From a virus (taxonomy: Duplodnaviria; Caudoviricetes), in the IMG/VR virus record IMGVR_UViG_3300043409_001689, positions 1-56,588 of that record: a stretch of DNA of 56,588 nucleotides. One strand, written 5' to 3'. The notes under the pieces were generated by a model, which had not been told where the DNA came from, did not search any database, and worked only from the letters and a program-made list of their open reading frames with translations. The position numbers and the translations under genes were made by a program. Of the stretch, positions 19,798-29,335 are shown in pieces (the stretch's first letter is position 1; each line of letters begins with the position of its first letter).

Positions 19798-19973
19798 TCT
19801 CCCCTATGACGGTTAATGAAGATGGGGGCGTTATCGTAAATGATGATGGAGAAACCGTTTTGTAGTTAAAATCTTATCTAAAATTTGATTTTTATAGAAT
19901 AAGTGGGTAGTTTAACTACTCACTTATTTCTATTTTAAGTAAATATCTTTTAATAACGAAAATTTCAAAATCC

Positions 19974-21794
19974 ATGATTAAGAAGTTATTTTTCTTTCTT
20001 CTTTTGAGCATTGTAAGCGTTTCATGCTTCTCTCAACAAGACACCGTTACTTTGCCTAACGGTCAAAAATTAATCCCTAAGAATCCTAATAACTACCCTG
20101 CGGCAGTCTATAACGATTCTTTGAAAGTTATTACCCATAATGCCGTTGTAAACGGCAAGCGGGTGAATCTTCAATTGTCTATGGGAGACATCAAGAACGC
20201 TTCCGTGAATGCTGCTACAAGTGCTACGGCTGCTTCAATAGCTTCTAAAGCAAGCACCACCGACCTCGGCAACCTCAACCTACAACTCCGCAGCGACTTA
20301 GCGACTAAGAGTGCCTTAATAGACTCTATCAAGAGTTTTGTAGTAGGTTTTCACTATGCAGGGTTCACTCCTAATAGCCCTATTTCAATAGACTATTCGG
20401 GCATGAAAAACGGATGGCACGCTATCCACTTTTCAAACACCGCCTACGGTGTCACTTACGATGCTAACAGTCAAGCGACATTACCCGTGGTGTCAACGTT
20501 TTACGATGCAGCGACGAATAGTTACAGCGAAGCGGGTTTCTCTACAACTACCATTAGAGACAATAATATTTTTATGGCGAAGGTAGAAAATGGCAGTCTG
20601 ACAGCTTGGTACAAGATTTCGCCTAATTCCCGCCTTGCGGTGGAAGTGGCAGCTTTAAAGACTTTGATGGGTCAAAAGGCTGATGTGAGTGCGCTTAGTG
20701 CGGAGAGTGCGGCGAGAGTGGCGGGGGATGCGGCAATAAACGCCTCTTTATTGGCTAAAGCAGATACGGGCTCGTTTTTAAAAATAGGTGGTAATTTTAA
20801 TACGCAACTCATTACAGCAGGAAGACAAACGGGTGTTACTCAAATAGGTGGCGGCTCTACTAATAATATTGGGAATGCAACTTGGCGTTATCATCAAGTC
20901 GCCATTGGGATAGCAGTTGACTCTCTTTATTCGGGTAGTGGTAGGTTTTTGAAAATATCAAACAACACTTTTGCGCCTTCTTATTGGAATCCTTTAACTA
21001 AAAGTCGACAACACGAGTCTCAACTTGATGGCAGTGGATTCTCTGCACGACAATCTGGTTATCAGTCATTTGCTACAAAGACAGTCATAGAAGCTGGCAG
21101 TACAAACGGTGTACTTAATCCTTTCTCTATTTTCAACTACAATAACTATAATCGTCTTTGGGCGGCAAACTTGCCTTTCGACGGCTTTGGAAGTTTATAT
21201 CCAACCGATGGTACGAATTGGGCTGTATTAACAAACACAGCCCAATTTGACACACTTAGAAATGGGCGTATGCAAGGATTTCAGGTTGGTTACAGGGATT
21301 CGTTGAATGATATACGCAACGGAATTTTCTTTTTGAAAAATTATAATCCTACTCACGACACGTTATATTTGAACCGACTCGGCTTAGGTTCGATAATAAG
21401 CATACGTGATTCAAATGCAACGTATGTCAAGAAAAATTATGCTAGTGGAATGTTAGCATTTGTGAAAATAGCAGACGATTCAAGGGTTAAGAGCAAAACC
21501 CTCACCCTCACCACCTCCTCAACACCCGCCTTGGACTTCGACCAAGGCATACAAGTTACCTACGTACTCACCACAGTACAAAACGGTGACTTCTTTGCAA
21601 GTTCCACGGTGACTAATGTAAGAGACGGAGGCATTTACAGGATAAGGTTTGTAGCACCTAACACGGGGGTAGTTTACACGTTCCCAAGCAATGTTTACAA
21701 AAAAGATGGAACAGCAATGGGAGCGTATGCGGTCACTTCCGAAACGCTCATATTCCATGCGGAAGGTACGAATTTGTATTGCGAGAATAAGTAA
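19974..21794 (+). CDS. Fibre-like protein with N-terminal signal peptide
   Basis: MIKKLFFFLLLSIVSVSCFS/QQ; Ala-rich coiled segments; C-terminus resembles tail-fibre tip domains. Confidence 0.65.
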   Translation: MIKKLFFFLLLSIVSVSCFSQQDTVTLPNGQKLIPKNPNNYPAAVYNDSLKVITHNAVVNGKRVNLQLSMGDIKNASVNAATSATAASIASKASTTDLGNLNLQLRSDLATKSALIDSIKSFVVGFHYAGFTPNSPISIDYSGMKNGWHAIHFSNTAYGVTYDANSQATLPVVSTFYDAATNSYSEAGFSTTTIRDNNIFMAKVENGSLTAWYKISPNSRLAVEVAALKTLMGQKADVSALSAESAARVAGDAAINASLLAKADTGSFLKIGGNFNTQLITAGRQTGVTQIGGGSTNNIGNATWRYHQVAIGIAVDSLYSGSGRFLKISNNTFAPSYWNPLTKSRQHESQLDGSGFSARQSGYQSFATKTVIEAGSTNGVLNPFSIFNYNNYNRLWAANLPFDGFGSLYPTDGTNWAVLTNTAQFDTLRNGRMQGFQVGYRDSLNDIRNGIFFLKNYNPTHDTLYLNRLGLGSIISIRDSNATYVKKNYASGMLAFVKIADDSRVKSKTLTLTTSSTPALDFDQGIQVTYVLTTVQNGDFFASSTVTNVRDGGIYRIRFVAPNTGVVYTFPSNVYKKDGTAMGAYAVTSETLIFHAEGTNLYCENK

Positions 21795-21883
21795 AATTTA
21801 GTATAAAATATTTGTGTAAGTTGCTGATATTCAGTAACTTACACAATATTTAAACCTATTTTTTTATTTAAAATTTGCATCAA

Positions 21884-22750
21884 ATGTCAAAGACAATTAC
21901 TAAAAAGACGTGGTCAAAACCCACTATCACCGAAACCCCAATAAAGCCTAAAGGATGCCTTACAACCCTTTTGTGTCTCCTATCAGTTGCCTTGCTATCG
22001 CAAACGGTGACGATTAGCGAGGGGTGCAGTAGTGGCACAAACACCACCTACGTACTCCCGAAAACTACCCTAAACGATAGTGGCTACAACGTCTATCAAT
22101 CGGGCAACCGCCTATTTGAGTTCAATGTAGTCAGTAAGCGGTGGGAATATTCAGTCAATGGCACTATTCTATTTTTCAATAATGTGAAAAGTAAGAAACC
22201 ATTACCTCCGTGCAGCTACAAATTTGATTACAGTCACGTAGCAGCCTGTCAAGACACCACATTCGATGTATTGACCGATTGCACGACATTGCCCGTCGAA
22301 CTTCTCTACTTCACCGCTACATCTACTGAGAAGGGTATCATATTGAAATGGAAAACAGCAAGCGAGGTGAATAACAGTCACTTTGAAGTGGAATTGTCCA
22401 ATGACGGAAAGTCTTTTAAAACTATTGCAACCGTCAAGGCAAAAGGCTCAAATAGCCTATATGACTACTTGCACGATTCCAAGTCTTTTGAAGTCTCTTA
22501 TTACAGACTTAGGCAATACGACATAGACGGAAAGGCTACAACATTCAAGGTAGTGAACGTGTCAAACGACACAAAGTCTATCACAAGCCTTTTGGACGGT
22601 GTGGTGTATGCCGATGGTCGCATAGAAGCCTACAACACCCTCGGTCAACTCTTAGGAACGTCCGAGGGTGCTTTTAACCTCTACACCCTTGCAAAAGGGG
22701 TTATTGTGGTGAAGACTCGGGAGGGGGTGTTTAAGTATTTGAGGGATTAA
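21884..22750 (+). CDS. T9SS type A sorting-domain-like secreted protein
   Basis: LPVELLYFTA..LKWKTASEVNNSHFEVE..DG..YYRLRQYDIDG and CTD-like YNTLGQLL..L.KGV..VK. Confidence 0.8.
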   Translation: MSKTITKKTWSKPTITETPIKPKGCLTTLLCLLSVALLSQTVTISEGCSSGTNTTYVLPKTTLNDSGYNVYQSGNRLFEFNVVSKRWEYSVNGTILFFNNVKSKKPLPPCSYKFDYSHVAACQDTTFDVLTDCTTLPVELLYFTATSTEKGIILKWKTASEVNNSHFEVELSNDGKSFKTIATVKAKGSNSLYDYLHDSKSFEVSYYRLRQYDIDGKATTFKVVNVSNDTKSITSLLDGVVYADGRIEAYNTLGQLLGTSEGAFNLYTLAKGVIVVKTREGVFKYLRD

Positions 22751-22787
22751 GGAACTATTATTAATTAACGAAAATTCAAAAGTAACA

Positions 22788-23258
22788 ATGAAAGTATCAA
22801 GCAAAGCTAACAAGCTAATCAAAGGCTCTAAAAAGCCTATCACCACTATTCAAGGCTCGGAAGAACCGATAGAACTTCCAAAGGAACTTGTTGAAAATAC
22901 CGCCAAGCGCGTAGAACTCGCAAGACCCGCTTCGGAAAGCGCAAAGAAGCCTTTTGTCGCCCCCGAAAAGATTAAGCCGTTAGTTCAGTCTTCTATCATC
23001 ATTGAACTTTCCCCTATCGCTACTAAACGCCTTGAAAGCGTTGATAAGGAAGCGGAAATAGAAAAGGTGAACTTGACAATTGATATTGAAAAGCTAAAGG
23101 TAAGATTTGCGGAAATTGACAAGAAGTCTGACGCAAGGAAGTTGGAAATCTGTCAAGGCGAAATGGAAGCAAGCGGAATTTCTTACGTGACCCCTATTCT
23201 TAGAATTACGGGAGACTACAAGGAAATTGAAGTAGCAGACTTATCGGCTAAGAAATAA
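22788..23258 (+). CDS. Hypothetical protein
   Basis: 156-aa ORF preceded by the leader motif. Confidence 0.7.
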   Translation: MKVSSKANKLIKGSKKPITTIQGSEEPIELPKELVENTAKRVELARPASESAKKPFVAPEKIKPLVQSSIIIELSPIATKRLESVDKEAEIEKVNLTIDIEKLKVRFAEIDKKSDARKLEICQGEMEASGISYVTPILRITGDYKEIEVADLSAKK

Positions 23259-23362
23259 GGCTTAAAGCCTAAAAAATAAATAAAAAGTCACTTGTTTATG
23301 CGATATTTTATATCCATATTTCACAGGTGACTTTTTTGTTTTATCTAAATGAATATTTAACA

Positions 23363-24847
23363 ATGGGTAGATATAATGGAACGCCAAGAGTAGATGTGGC
23401 TGTGATAAATCGGACTGATTTAGGCACTTCAAACTCTCTTGATGATATTTTTGCTTGGGTAGGTCCTACACAAATGGGGGAGCCTAACAAGCCTACTTTA
23501 GTGCAAAGTGAACTTGAATTTACGCAAAAGTTCGGGGGTGACTTGGCTTCAAGCAACTTTCCAAAACTCTGTAAAAGGGCTTTGAAAGGAGGTGCAAAAC
23601 TTCTTATAAGCCGTGTTGTTCATGTGGACGCAAACGGAGACTACACAGGCACAAAGGCAGAATCGGGCAACTTTGAAGCAAAGTCTTTGGGGTCTTGGGG
23701 TAACTCTTTAGTGGTCAAGACTTCTTTAGATGCTCGTGGTAATGTGGTTCTAAGTGTGGTTTTGGGTGGCTCTACGGTAGAGACTTACACCATTTCGGGA
23801 ACGCCTACGGCAAGTGAGGTAGAATTGGCTAACGCCTTTTTACGGTACGTGTCTATAAAGCCTTCGGGAGTAGGTCAGACTATTGCAAGCGGTCAAACAC
23901 TTGTTTTAGCTTCGGGAACTGATACGGGAACTATTACGGCTTCGGACTACGTTGGAAGTCAAGATGAAAAGACGGGTATCTATGCTTTTGATAATGAGCA
24001 AGGAATTAAGTTCCTTAGTTGCCCCGATGTAGCTTTAAACGAAGTAGATAGGGCTATTGTGGACTACTCCGAGATGCGTAACATCATTGCACTTTTACGG
24101 ACTCCTCTTGGGATTACGGGAGACTTAGCGGTGAAGTATCGCAACTGCGAAGCCCCTTATAGCGGACTTCCAATTGACTCTTACCAAGCCTTCATGTTGA
24201 CGGGCGGGGTAAAGACGGTAGATTTGATGGGAATTATCGTGGAATTATCGGAGTTGGCTGACGTAGCAATAGCTATTGGAAAGAAAAATAAGTTTGGAAA
24301 AGTTTGGAACGCCTTTTCCATGCAGCCTTATAACCTTGTAGAAGAAGCCGTGGGCGTGGTTTATAATCTTGATATTCCTTCAAGACAATCTGAATCTGAT
24401 GCAGTCTATAACGCTGGCTTAAACGCTATCATTCAAGACGACACGAAAGCTATCATGCTTTGGGGAGACTTCACGCTTCAACAAGACTTTTCGGCTCTTA
24501 GCTTTACGGGCAACGTGGAGTTGTTGCAAGACATCTTTGCGAACACTAAGCCGATTTATCGGAAGTATATTGGAAAGCTGAATGACATTCCTACTTGGAG
24601 AAACCTTCACCAAGCTATCCGTGTGATAATGGATAGGTATAAGACTGAGGGAGGAATCTATGATTACAAGTATTTTGGCGACCAAGATGTTGACAAGATA
24701 GAATTTATCAAAATCAACAATATTGCTGATGTAAATATAGGAATTTACAAAGTGGTTCTTGAAATTCAATTCAAGGCTACTTTACGCTATATAAGAGTAG
24801 AAATGATTGCGTCAATGCAAGGAATCCGTTTCACAATTTTAAACTAA
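23363..24847 (+). CDS. Contractile tail sheath protein
   Basis: GP..GEPNKPTLV.S..EF..KFG, AKS.GSWGN.L, G.NAI...LWG..TL motifs. Confidence 0.9.
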   Translation: MGRYNGTPRVDVAVINRTDLGTSNSLDDIFAWVGPTQMGEPNKPTLVQSELEFTQKFGGDLASSNFPKLCKRALKGGAKLLISRVVHVDANGDYTGTKAESGNFEAKSLGSWGNSLVVKTSLDARGNVVLSVVLGGSTVETYTISGTPTASEVELANAFLRYVSIKPSGVGQTIASGQTLVLASGTDTGTITASDYVGSQDEKTGIYAFDNEQGIKFLSCPDVALNEVDRAIVDYSEMRNIIALLRTPLGITGDLAVKYRNCEAPYSGLPIDSYQAFMLTGGVKTVDLMGIIVELSELADVAIAIGKKNKFGKVWNAFSMQPYNLVEEAVGVVYNLDIPSRQSESDAVYNAGLNAIIQDDTKAIMLWGDFTLQQDFSALSFTGNVELLQDIFANTKPIYRKYIGKLNDIPTWRNLHQAIRVIMDRYKTEGGIYDYKYFGDQDVDKIEFIKINNIADVNIGIYKVVLEIQFKATLRYIRVEMIASMQGIRFTILN

Positions 24848-24851
24848 TCTA

Positions 24852-25259
24852 ATGAGACAGAACAATTTATTTCAAGTAGAAATAGACGGTATTGACGTAC
24901 TTCTTATCCAAGAGATTGATATGCCCGAAATAGAGCGTCCAGCGTTGACCTATGGTAATTACGCAGGACTTCCCGATGTAAAAATTCCTTCGGCTAAAAA
25001 GAAGATTGGGGATGCTACTATCAAGAAAGTCAAACCTATGGTAGGCTTTGAGAACTTCTTATTCAATTGGCTTTCTAACCCGATTCCTCGGAACATTGTT
25101 GTAAGGGAAGTCAATGAATTAGGCATCACCATTGGGCTTAATATATGGCTCAATTGCTTTCCTACTAAAATCTCGCAGACTTCCATGAAGCGCGGAGAAG
25201 ACCCCGAACTAATCATTGAAGAAGCTACAATAGCTATCTATGATGTAGAGAAGGCTTAA
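24852..25259 (+). CDS. Tail tube protein
   Basis: Follows the sheath; FQVEIDG and NCFPTK gp19-like pattern. Confidence 0.82.
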   Translation: MRQNNLFQVEIDGIDVLLIQEIDMPEIERPALTYGNYAGLPDVKIPSAKKKIGDATIKKVKPMVGFENFLFNWLSNPIPRNIVVREVNELGITIGLNIWLNCFPTKISQTSMKRGEDPELIIEEATIAIYDVEKA

Positions 25260-25288
25260 AAGCGGTTACTTTTGTTTGATTTGATAGA

Positions 25289-25322
25289 GAAGGGCGGGGC
25301 TGTAATGGCTTCGCCTTTTCTT
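25289..25322 (+). terminator. Intrinsic terminator
   Basis: gaagggcggggc/gcttcgccttttc. Confidence 0.65.
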
Positions 25323-25402
25323 GTTTAGGTACTTGTTTAGTTCAAATATTCTTTCTTTCTTAGAAAGAATCAAAAATTTATTTAATTAAATAAAAAGGAA
25401 CA

Positions 25403-25705
25403 ATGGGTAACAAGTATTCTCACATTCAACCAATTGGAAACAAGGTAATTTTCTTACAAGACCCCGCAGTTGAGCGCACAAAAGGGGGCTTAATAATTCC
25501 CGAAGACGCAAAAGAAAAACAAGCCTTCGGAACTATTATCGCAGTAGGTCCTTCGTGCCAACAAGCGGAAGTAGGAAAGCGTATTTGCTTTTCGGAGTAT
25601 TCGGGGCAAAAGGCAAAGGTTGTCCTTACGGATGGAACCATTGAAGAAGCTACTTCTATTTTTGAAGAGCAAGCTTTATACTTGTTTGACCCTATCGAAG
25701 CCTAA
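25403..25705 (+). CDS. groES: Co-chaperonin GroES-like protein
   Basis: IQPIGNKV, mobile loop TKGGLIIP.AKEK, G.IIAVGP, F.EYSG. Confidence 0.9.
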   Translation: MGNKYSHIQPIGNKVIFLQDPAVERTKGGLIIPEDAKEKQAFGTIIAVGPSCQQAEVGKRICFSEYSGQKAKVVLTDGTIEEATSIFEEQALYLFDPIEA

Positions 25706-25758
25706 GACTTAACGAAAATTCTAATCATTATTCAAAAATCATTTCAAAAGTAACAAAG

Positions 25759-26502
25759 ATGAATTTAACTCATGTATTCACGCTCCCTTCGGGTGTCGAG
25801 TGTGAAGTGAAAGAATTTCAAGGGAAGCATCAAAAGCTATTGACCAAGCAAGAAGGAAGTGTGACGGATTCTATGAATGTCATTCTTGCCGACATCATTG
25901 TAAGAGTAGGAAGCGTCAAGGCGATTGACCAAGACTTTGTGGAAGGTATGCTTACGGCTGATAGGAATTGGGCTATGTTTCAAGCCCGTCAGTTCTCTTT
26001 GGAGTTTCCCGAAGTCTTCAAAGTACCCGTAAAGTACAAGCAAGACGGAAGGACTATTGAAGATGATGTAGTTATACAGATGTCGGATGTCTCATTTAAG
26101 CCTTATGGCTTCCAAGTAGTAGAATATGACCAAATTCAAAGAAAGCATGAAGTGACCATAAAGCGGTACGAAGGAAAAGTCTCCTTTAGCTTATTGGATG
26201 GACGCTCGGAAAAGATGCTGGCTTTGACCAAGAAAAAGGACGTTTCAAGCCACTTGGATTTAATTGGCAGAAACCCTACATACTTGACAAAGAACACCCC
26301 TATCAAATTAAATCTTGACGATTTAGGGTTAATGTCAATCGAAGATTTAAGAAGACAAGTCTATGAAATAGAAGGAAAGGTTAAGGCAGACTTTCAAGTA
26401 GAACACCCGAACGCTGATAGTCTTTTTGGGGATGAAAAGATGATTCGGGTAAACTTATTGGCTGACCCAAATTTTTTCTTCCCTTCGGGAGTGTACTCAT
26501 AG
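25759..26502 (+). CDS. Tail assembly chaperone (G form)
   Basis: Lies between tube and tape measure; TLPSG start, NFFFP end with a slippery site. Confidence 0.75.
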   Translation: MNLTHVFTLPSGVECEVKEFQGKHQKLLTKQEGSVTDSMNVILADIIVRVGSVKAIDQDFVEGMLTADRNWAMFQARQFSLEFPEVFKVPVKYKQDGRTIEDDVVIQMSDVSFKPYGFQVVEYDQIQRKHEVTIKRYEGKVSFSLLDGRSEKMLALTKKKDVSSHLDLIGRNPTYLTKNTPIKLNLDDLGLMSIEDLRRQVYEIEGKVKADFQVEHPNADSLFGDEKMIRVNLLADPNFFFPSGVYS

Positions 26503-26642
26503 GCGAGTATTACTTTTTGAATTACGGTGGACTTACCGTGACACTCCCCGAGTTCTACGAATGGACTTATAGCGAAAGAAGGGAAATTTTGAAGCTACAT
26601 AAAGAGCAAAAGAAGTTTGAAAAAGATTCAATGAAAAAATAA
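26466..26642 (+). CDS. Tail assembly chaperone -1 frameshift extension (GT form)
   Basis: -1 frame open from 26466 to TAA 26640-26642, entered at A AAT TTT / T TTT TTC. Confidence 0.75.
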   Translation, partial: PKFFLPFGSVLIGEYYFLNYGGLTVTLPEFYEWTYSERREILKLHKEQKKFEKDSMKK

Positions 26643-28891
26643 TGGCATTAAATGCAAGTGCAAGTTCGGGAAGCGATTTAGGCTTTGGTATGGAGTTCTA
26701 CCTCATTGATAGTTTCACTAAGGTGGCGAACCGTATTAAGGCTTCAATGGCTTCCTTGAACCAAGCTGCAAACAATAATGTCAAGAATCAAATCAATGCC
26801 AATAAAATTGGCATAAGTAATCAGCGTTTAGCCGCAGTTTCGGCGCGGACACAAAGTGCGCAATCTTCCGCTTCTTTGGCGGCTTTTAGGCTTTCCGAAG
26901 CGCAAAGAATATCCCAAGAAAGACAACAGCAAGCCCAAGCAAGAGCGCAAGCGCAAGCCGCTCGGCAAACTTCAACTATACAAAGGCAAACCGCAGCGAT
27001 GCAAAACTTCCAAGTAGGCTATAACCGCATGATGTCGGGATTTAGTGCTATTGGGGGGGCTGCTATATTTGCGGCACCAGTCATGTACGCTATCCAAATG
27101 GCGGGAACTTTTGAGCAAGCTACGGTAAGGCTTGAAACGCTTTTGAAGTCTAAGGATAAGGCTATGGCTTTCTTTAATGACTTGAAGGGGGATGCTTTGA
27201 AGTTGCCTAACGTGGAAGTCTTAGACTTATTGAAAGGTGTTGGTGACTTAATTGCGGGGGGAGAAAATGCACAGACAGCGCGGGGGGTTATGCGAGACTT
27301 GGCAAACGTGGTCATGGCTACGGGTGGCGGTCAACCGCAATTTCAAAGGGCTGCTTTTAACTTAGCCCAAATTCGCAATAATGGTTTTGCTTCTATGCGA
27401 GACATAAGGGAATTTTCAACGGCTAACATTCCGCTAATTTCTCTTTTGAAGAAAAAAGGAATAGACGTAAGTAAGACTAAGGCTACCTACGAACAAATTA
27501 TAGCGGTACTTGCAGACTATGCAAAAGAGAATAATGTAGCGGAAAAGATGCTTAATTCAATAAGCGGTCAAACGGCTATGTTCAAGGAAAATATAAAGTA
27601 TCTATTTTCGGACATGGGAGAATCCTTGAAGCCTTTTTATGTAGGCTTGATGAAGTATTTGAATGGCACTATCAATAGTCTTCGGGAGTTCACAGGCAGC
27701 GCATTTGGTAAGTTTATACTGAGGGGGGCAATGTTGGTCTTGATATTTGCATCACTCACCACGCTTGCCTATGGACTTTTTAAAGTCTTTGGTGGCATTA
27801 AAATGATGTTTATGAGTATGGGTGGCGTACTTGCAAGATACGCGACACAATTCGGAGGACTTATACCAATGATAAGAACTTTTGCAATAACTCTTGTAGG
27901 ATTATATGCCGTTGGAAAACTATTAACTTCGGGTAATAGCTTCTTGGTAACGTTGGGGCTTTTGTTGGCTTATGTATTAGGACCTATTAGTTGGGTTACG
28001 GCTGCAATAGTCATGCTTTCCGCAGGATTCAAGGAATGGCAAAACTTTATGAATGGTGGAACTTCAATTGGTTCTTTCGGAAAGATTGCGGGGGTGCTGC
28101 AAGGGATTTGGGAGATTATGCAAAACCTTACAAATGACGGTTGGACGATGAATGCTGCTATGGTGAAGAAGTTGCAAGATGCAGGGGTCTTTGGAATAGT
28201 TCAAGGGATAGGCACGATGATTAGTTTTGTTTACAGGGCAAGAACCGCTTTAAAGGTTCTTTTTGGAACGCTTGCTGCTTTTTGGGCTTATGGTCAAGTA
28301 GTGGCAGGGGGTATGTTTATGTGGGTAAGGATAGTTGCAATTTTCACGGCACTATCAAAAGGAATAGCTTTCGCCACTGCTGCTTTAAAAGTTTTTTCTT
28401 GGGCTTTGGGTATTTCTTCGATGGCTCTTGGATGGATAGCGGGTTTAATAGGGGCTTTGTTTGCTTTACTCGCTTGGCACTTCTTGCCCGACGAATGGAA
28501 AGAATGGGGAAGAAATGCTATGTATGGACTTTGGGAAGGCATGAAAGAGGTAGGTTCGGGGATATGGGAGTGGCTTAAAGGCTTTGGCGCAAGCTTGTTG
28601 CCCGATAATATAAGCGTTGGAGAAGGCGGATGGATTCAAGGGGCAGGGTTCAAAAAAGAAGAAAATACTTCTACGTCTTACACCCCTTCCGACTACATGA
28701 AAGACAACGGGGGGGATATGCGTGAAACGCAAGCCGTACAGCTTCAAGGGGCTATGAGTGCTATCAATATTCAACAGGCTTCGCAACCTACTGAACAGCA
28801 ACCGATAAACCTAATCTTAGACGGTGAAGTGATTTGGTCAAACTTTAAAGGAAGAAATGACTTTGATAACGCAAGGTATGGGATAGGCTAA
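26642..28891 (+). CDS. Tape measure protein
   Basis: Ala/Gln-rich helical N-terminus, tape-measure domain, hydrophobic repeats, synteny. Confidence 0.88.
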   Translation: MALNASASSGSDLGFGMEFYLIDSFTKVANRIKASMASLNQAANNNVKNQINANKIGISNQRLAAVSARTQSAQSSASLAAFRLSEAQRISQERQQQAQARAQAQAARQTSTIQRQTAAMQNFQVGYNRMMSGFSAIGGAAIFAAPVMYAIQMAGTFEQATVRLETLLKSKDKAMAFFNDLKGDALKLPNVEVLDLLKGVGDLIAGGENAQTARGVMRDLANVVMATGGGQPQFQRAAFNLAQIRNNGFASMRDIREFSTANIPLISLLKKKGIDVSKTKATYEQIIAVLADYAKENNVAEKMLNSISGQTAMFKENIKYLFSDMGESLKPFYVGLMKYLNGTINSLREFTGSAFGKFILRGAMLVLIFASLTTLAYGLFKVFGGIKMMFMSMGGVLARYATQFGGLIPMIRTFAITLVGLYAVGKLLTSGNSFLVTLGLLLAYVLGPISWVTAAIVMLSAGFKEWQNFMNGGTSIGSFGKIAGVLQGIWEIMQNLTNDGWTMNAAMVKKLQDAGVFGIVQGIGTMISFVYRARTALKVLFGTLAAFWAYGQVVAGGMFMWVRIVAIFTALSKGIAFATAALKVFSWALGISSMALGWIAGLIGALFALLAWHFLPDEWKEWGRNAMYGLWEGMKEVGSGIWEWLKGFGASLLPDNISVGEGGWIQGAGFKKEENTSTSYTPSDYMKDNGGDMRETQAVQLQGAMSAINIQQASQPTEQQPINLILDGEVIWSNFKGRNDFDNARYGIG

Positions 28892-29304
28892 TTAAGCCAA
28901 CTTATAATAGCTTGGTAAGTCTTTAAACAAGTATGGCTTTTTTCAAAGACCATTGAATGTTCCTTTCCTTGATGCTTAATTTTAAGAATCAATGAATAGT
29001 CATTTGACGAACTGGCACCAGCCACACCGCCAAGAACCGCACCAAGACCGCCTAAAAGAAGGCTTCCTACGATTGCACCGCCTACGATTCCGCTTGCGCT
29101 ACTGCCTTGACTGCTTACAAGTTGAACATCTACTATGTCGTTTCTTTGAAGTCTTAGAGATTCCGATAAGTCATTAAAGCGGTCAAAGAAAGATTTAGGG
29201 GTTTTGGCATTTAAAATATTCACAGTCAAGTCATTCTTAATGATGATTTGACAAAAGGAACTATTGAAGTTCGGGATTCCGACGAGGTATTTCTCTACTA
29301 ACAT
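28888..29304 (-). CDS. Glycine-zipper membrane protein (moron-like)
   Basis: GIVGGAIVGSLLLGGLGAVLGGVAG; antisense insertion in the tail module. Confidence 0.65.
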   Translation of the reverse strand: MLVEKYLVGIPNFNSSFCQIIIKNDLTVNILNAKTPKSFFDRFNDLSESLRLQRNDIVDVQLVSSQGSSASGIVGGAIVGSLLLGGLGAVLGGVAGASSSNDYSLILKIKHQGKEHSMVFEKSHTCLKTYQAIISWLN

Positions 29305-29335
29305 TATGCTATTTTATGCAAAAATAGAATAAAAA

